Assembly (NCBI RefSeq): GCF_001194135.2
Contig: NC_068987.1
Coordinates: forward strand, 89,959,461-90,023,460
Source: Octopus bimaculoides
Lineage: Eukaryota
DNA: 64,000 nucleotides
Reading direction: 5' to 3'
Shown: positions 11,421-64,000 of the stretch, in pieces
Position numbering within the stretch: the first letter of the stretch is position 1
How the letters are laid out: the number at the start of each line of letters is the position of its first letter
Made by a program: the position numbers and the translations under genes
Notes under the pieces: generated by a model
What the model was told of the DNA's origin: nothing
Database searches by the model: none
The model's input: the letters and a program-made list of their open reading frames with translations, nothing else

Positions 11421-12292
11421 AATCACACTCCTTCCATTTTGCCATCTACAAAAAGTATATTCTTTGACTGTGGCCATGCTGGAGCACCGCCTTTAGTTGG
11501 AGAAATCGACCTCAGGACTTATTCTTTGTAAGCCTAGTACTAGTTCTATCAGTCTCTTTTGCTGAACTACTAAGTTATGGGGACATAAACACACCACACA
11601 CCAGCATCAGCTGTCAGTCGATGGTGGGAGGACAAACACATACACACGATAGGCTTCTTTCAGTTTCCAACTACCAAATCCACTCACAAGGCTTTGGTTG
11701 GCCTGAGGCTATAATAGGAGACACTTGCCCAAGATGCCATGCAGTGGGACTGAACCTGGAACCATGTGGTTGGGAAGCAAGCTTCTTACCACACAGCCAC
11801 ACCTACTAGAAAATAAGATTTCATTTCCCATTCTCTCCTCTTAACTGTGTGATATAGATTCATCATTCTTAGCAGCATAAACCCAGATGGGCAAGTTTGT
11901 GATAAAAGCCCTATAATCACACATTTTCATGCATGTGTGTGTGTGTGTGTGTGTGTGTGTATTTATCATGTGATTGTGATTGACCAAGCTGCTGGATGTT
12001 TATACATCAGTGATCACAATTCACTTTGCATTGATTTAGCTTTTGAATGATGCCACCCTGCTGGTTAGGCGAGCAGGCCAACATTCTCCCACCTGATTGG
12101 ATGGTTTAGTCTGTTGCAAGGTGATTCATTTACAGCTGAGTGGATTGGGACATGATGTAATGAAGTGTTTTGTTCTAGAGCATAATGTGTAGCCAGTTTG
12201 GGAATTGAAACCATGTTGTGAGCACAACATGCTTAACCACTAGACAACATGCTTTCTCTTTCTCTCTCTCACACACACACACACACACATAC

Positions 12293-12497
12293 ACGAGGGT
12301 ACTGAAAAGCTCCTGGTTTTAATGGTATCGTGAAAGGTCTGGTTGGTGGCCCAACCTTCCAAGTTCTTTTACAGGGCTTAGAAAAACTGAAGGACCACTA
12401 TAGTGTGTGAATCTGAGAGGGGAATATGTTTAATAAAATCGTAATTAACTGTTCCTCCTCTATTTATTTTTTACCCAAAGCCAGGAACTTTTCAGCA
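12293..12497 (+). mobile_element. Mariner-derived MITE
   Basis: ACGAGGGTACTGAAAAG...CTTTTCAGCA partial TIRs; interior resembles a transposase end (LEKLKDH..VNLRGEY). Confidence 0.6.
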
Positions 12498-12989
12498 GAG
12501 TGTGTGTGTCTCTTTAAATGCAATTGTGTTATATGTAGCATACCATATTTGATGGCTAAAAAAGATGCATAAGCATATTAGATGCACCCCAAGTTTGCAA
12601 ATGAATTAAAATTTATGGCAGCTCAGATTGGCATAGGGCCCAGGCAATTTTTTGAGACTAATTTTTGGGAAAGAGTGCCGCTGACTTGCACCCATGCTGG
12701 TGGCACGTAAAAAGCACTATTTGAGTGTGACTGATGCTAGTGCCACTTGACTGGTACCTGTGTTAGTGACACGTAAAAAGCACCCACTACACTCTCGGAG
12801 TGGTTAGTGTTAGGGAGGGCAGCTAGGTGTAGGAACCTTGCCAAATCAGACTGGAGCCTGGTGCAGTCTCCCGGTTTACCTGTTCTCAGTCAAACCGTCC
12901 AATGCATGCCAGCATGGAATGTGGGTGATAAACAATGATGATGAATGCATCTTATATTCCATCAAATATGGTAATTGTTATTGCTTAAC

Positions 12990-13216
12990 AAAATTTATTT
13001 GCTGACCCCATGAAAAATAACAACCATGTTAATTGTCAAATATATCTGTATATTATCGTATATACAATTTAAAACAAAGACATCTCTAGTGGTGGTGGTG
13101 GTGGTGGGGGGGGGGTTATTTTTTCTTTTTGGTTTTACAAGTTTTTCTCATATTCTTTGGCTTTTTGGTAAACAAAATTCAAAATAATGAGTGAGAAATA
13201 AAAACAATTTGTAACA

Positions 13217-13265
<49 letters not shown>

Positions 13266-14056
13266 TGCATAATATATATATGTGTATGCATATGTCTATA
13301 TATCCCTGAAGAAAATATAGGGTGGGTATGTTTATCGCTGTGTACCCACAGATGCAAGCAATAATAAAATGAATAGAATATTGAAGTATTCCCACTTCTT
13401 TTTTTTGTTTGTTTAATTGTTGATTGTTTTTGGTGTCTTATTGTTAGTCTTCTTGTTTACCGTCGTCCACCCCACCCCTTCAAATATGAAGAACCAGCTG
13501 TAATTTTCAGCACAACACTTTTTTCACATTTCTTTTTTTTGTTTGTTTTTTGTTTTTTTTTGTTTTTTGGTAAAGTCAATGATATTTGGAGAGAAAGAAG
13601 TGAATTTGAGTACCAACAGCTAAGTACCAAAGTGGGTAGGCGGGTGGTGTAGACAGGGAAACTTGTCAACTAAATGTAAACTAAACAAAGGATTAATATG
13701 GATTAAAATGTTGCTTTCTTTAAGAACCAAGCCATGGTACCTTTTTGCTTTTTATTATTTTCATATATTTTTTCAGAGGCAGCAGTTTTGCCAACAGCAT
13801 GGTTGACCTCAGTACATCTTCAATGAGACAGACAGACAAATGGCCCTTGTTTGACAGTTCAATATAGTGTGTGTATAGCCATGGTACACATATGTACAGG
13901 CAGTTACCATTTGATGATGAATGGTGCCAAGAGGGCTGGGGCGGGTGAGTGATTGATTAAATCAAAGAGGAGAAGGAGAGGCTGGCAAGTTGGAGGTGAG
14001 GACCATTTGCATAGCAGTGGTGTTCATTCATTTCTCATAGCTTCACACAATGAAAC

Positions 14057-14091
<35 letters not shown>

Positions 14092-14147
14092 TATTTGTAT
14101 ATAAAATACTTGGGACTCCAAAACATATTAAATGAGAATAAAATCCT
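12990..14147 (-). other. Probable 3' UTR of the SNX gene (end uncertain)
   Basis: Largely non-transposon, homopolymer-rich sequence after the stop; minus-strand AATAAA near 12994-12999. The true end may be further downstream. Confidence 0.4.
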
Positions 14148-61162
<47,015 letters not shown>

Positions 61163-63120
61163 CTGGAAGAAACAGAAAATGAGTAGATTATATTAAGAAG
61201 TACTGCAAGTTAGAGAATGAAGTGACTAAATAAACATAAAATTATAATGGAATTATTAGAGTGTGTTATAATTGCATTTGCCCAAAGGTTACTTGGGCAA
61301 AAGGTTAACTTTGGTAAGTTAAATTTATACAGAATCAACCAATGAAAATAATTATGTGAATGCAGAAGAAACTTATAACTCATAACCTTATTTTTTGGTA
61401 CAAAAAAATGTAAAATAATAAAATATAAAAAATAACTTTTTAGCTCACGAATTATATGAACTAAGATTGGTGTCCAGTTTACCAAGAAATTTCATTTTTT
61501 TGTAGATGCACAAAGGGAAACAGGAAGAACTATCATTGCATGTCTTCACTTTTATTTGTATCTGTATGTTTCTGCTAAGCATTTTGCATACATACACAGA
61601 TGCAGACACGGTTGGCTGGTTAAGATGCTTGCTTTGAAACTACATGGTTTCAGGTTCATCCCCAGGGTGTGGCACCTTGGGCAAATGTCCTCTAATATAG
61701 CCCTAGGTCAACCAAAGCCTAGCAAATGTATTTAATTGAAAACTGCAAAAAGATCATCTTTTATGTGTGTCTGTGTTTGTGTGAGAGAGAGAGTTTGTAT
61801 GTGTGTGAATATGTACCCTTGTTTTGGACATCACATGATAACTGTAAATGAGTGTCACCATCATACAAGTGGGGTTTTGTTTTCAGTCTTCTGTGGAATG
61901 TTTGGCCATGGTGAAGTACAACCTTGCTTCGAAACAAGCGAGGGTTGGCAACAGGAATAGCACCCAGCTGTAGAAAACCTACTTTAACAAATTTTGTCTG
62001 ACCCATAGAAGCATGGATAAGTGGACACTAAATGATGATGACAAAGTCGTCCTTACAACCCATTAACTTCTAACAATCAGCATCTAGCTCATATGTTTAC
62101 ACACAAGAAGTCTAATTCATTTAACCTAAGTTTGAAAATCATCAGCATTTTATTCTATTTTCTTATTTTTTAATTCTCACAAATCTTTAAAATGAATAAT
62201 GTACAAGTTTCTGATGCATTTTGACAGATATTTTCATCTATCAGCTCTGTATGAATTTAAAATGCGAAACTATAATAACAATATGGCTACTAGCCATCTG
62301 CAACTGTGAATATCAATCACATAAATTTAGATTCATCACAATGGGCCTAGTTGATAAGTTGTTTGTCTACTAATTGAGGAATTGGCAGATTCTTATCTTA
62401 CTGTAATTATGGAACAACAGTGTATATATCACAAAATGGATGGAACGAGATGAATGGGCATGGCTGTTAGGACGATGAAGATTTGGCAAGGCTGACTCGA
62501 CATTCAACCTGTTTGGTGATACTACAGTTTCGCACTGGAAACACACAAACACACAAGCATGCATACACAGAAATAATATACATATATATAATGAGAAAGG
62601 GGGATAGAGTTAGACGTTACAATTTATCAATTGAATATGATTAACATAAACACTCGTTCACAAAAAGAGAAATATGCTCACACACAAACATATATGGATA
62701 GAGAGAGGGAGAGGGGGTGGGAGGGAGAGANNNNNNNNNNNNNNNNNNNNNNNNNNNNNNNNNNNNNNNNNNNNNNNNNNNNNNNNNNNNNNNNNNNNNN
62801 NNNNNNNNNNNNNNNNNNNNNNNNNNNNNNNNNNNNNNNNNNNNNNNNNNNNNNNNNNNNNNNNNNNNNNNNNNNNNNNNNNNNNNNNNNNNNNNNNNNN
62901 NNNNNNNNNNNNNNNNNNNNNNNNNNNNNNNNNNNNNNNNNNNNNNNNNNNNNNNNNNNNNNNNNNNNNNNNNNNNNNNNNNNNNNNNNNNNNNNNNNNN
63001 NNNNNNNNNNNNNNNNNNNNNNNNNNNNNNNNNNNNNNNNNNNNNNNNNNNNNNNNNNNNNNNNNNNNNNNNNNNNNNNNNNNNNNNNNNNNNNNNNNNN
63101 NNNNNNNNNNNNNNNNNNNN

Positions 63121-63182
<62 letters not shown>

Positions 63183-64000
63183 CGTCACGCCATTATCTGA
63201 CAACTGGTATTGGTGTGTTTACATCCCTGCGACACAGCAGTTCAACAAAAGAGACCAACAGAATAAGTACCAGGCTTAAAAAAACAAGTAATGGAGTTGA
63301 TTCATTTGACTAATAATTCAATCCAGTGCCCCAGCATGGCCACAGTCAAATGATTGAAACAAGACTAAAAAAAAAGAAAAAAACCCCAGATATTTATGGA
63401 CTTCACTATAGTTCATGAATCATGGAAGTGTACAAGATAGTATATTCATCATCATCGTTTAACATCCGTTTTCCATGCTGGCATGGGTTGGACAGTTTAA
63501 TTGAGGTCTGGAAAGCCAGCGGCTACACCAGGCTCCAATCTGATCTGGCAGAGTTTCTACAGCTGGATGCCCTCCCTAACGCCAACCACTCCAATAGTGC
63601 CTTTTATGTCCCACCAGCACAGGAACCAGTCAGGCAGCCCTGGCATCAGTCATGTTCTGATAGTACTTTTTACATGCCACTGGCACAGGAGCCAGTCAGG
63701 CGGCCTTGGCATCGACTACGTTCAGATGGTGCATTTTACGGCATAGAATAGATTTGCTTATAGAATACCTAAGAATAACAACAGACTTTTTGTGAAATAC
63801 TGAGTATAGCTGTTAAACAGTAAGTGATAGTAGAATAAATGAAATGATGAAAGAACTTGCAAGAATAAAAGTATAAATCTCTTCACAAACGATTATGTTA
63901 GTGATCACATTGCTTGATATATATATATAAACATATAGAAACCTCTATGTAACAATATATATATATATATATATATATCAGTATAGATCTCTTTCTAACA

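Overview
Eukaryotic, AT-rich, gapped and repeat-dense DNA. The SINE/RTE/mariner repeat landscape suggests a coleoid cephalopod, most likely Octopus (inferred, not searched). One protein-coding gene fills most of the window: a minus-strand SH3-PX-BAR sorting nexin of the SNX9/18/33 family (SH3PX1/lst-4 type). I assembled it by hand from 15 GT-AG exons between 61162 and 14148 (1692 nt, 563 aa plus stop, all phases consistent). The ATG exon was not found and probably lies beyond the window. The rest is tRNA-derived SINEs, RTE LINE fragments, mariner/piggyBac/hAT/pogo relics and MITEs, a Gypsy pol fragment, three solo LTRs and microsatellites. The best second-look items are: (1) an in-frame 150-nt candidate cassette exon that splits the conserved KKNYSR-FSQF segment; (2) a ~280-bp foldback with a hammerhead ribozyme motif in each arm, one with an intact core; (3) minimal hammerhead remnants in Penelope-like tails; (4) an intronic solo LTR with an antisense CCAAT/E-box/TATA promoter; (5) a sharp CpG boundary near 10.65 kb.
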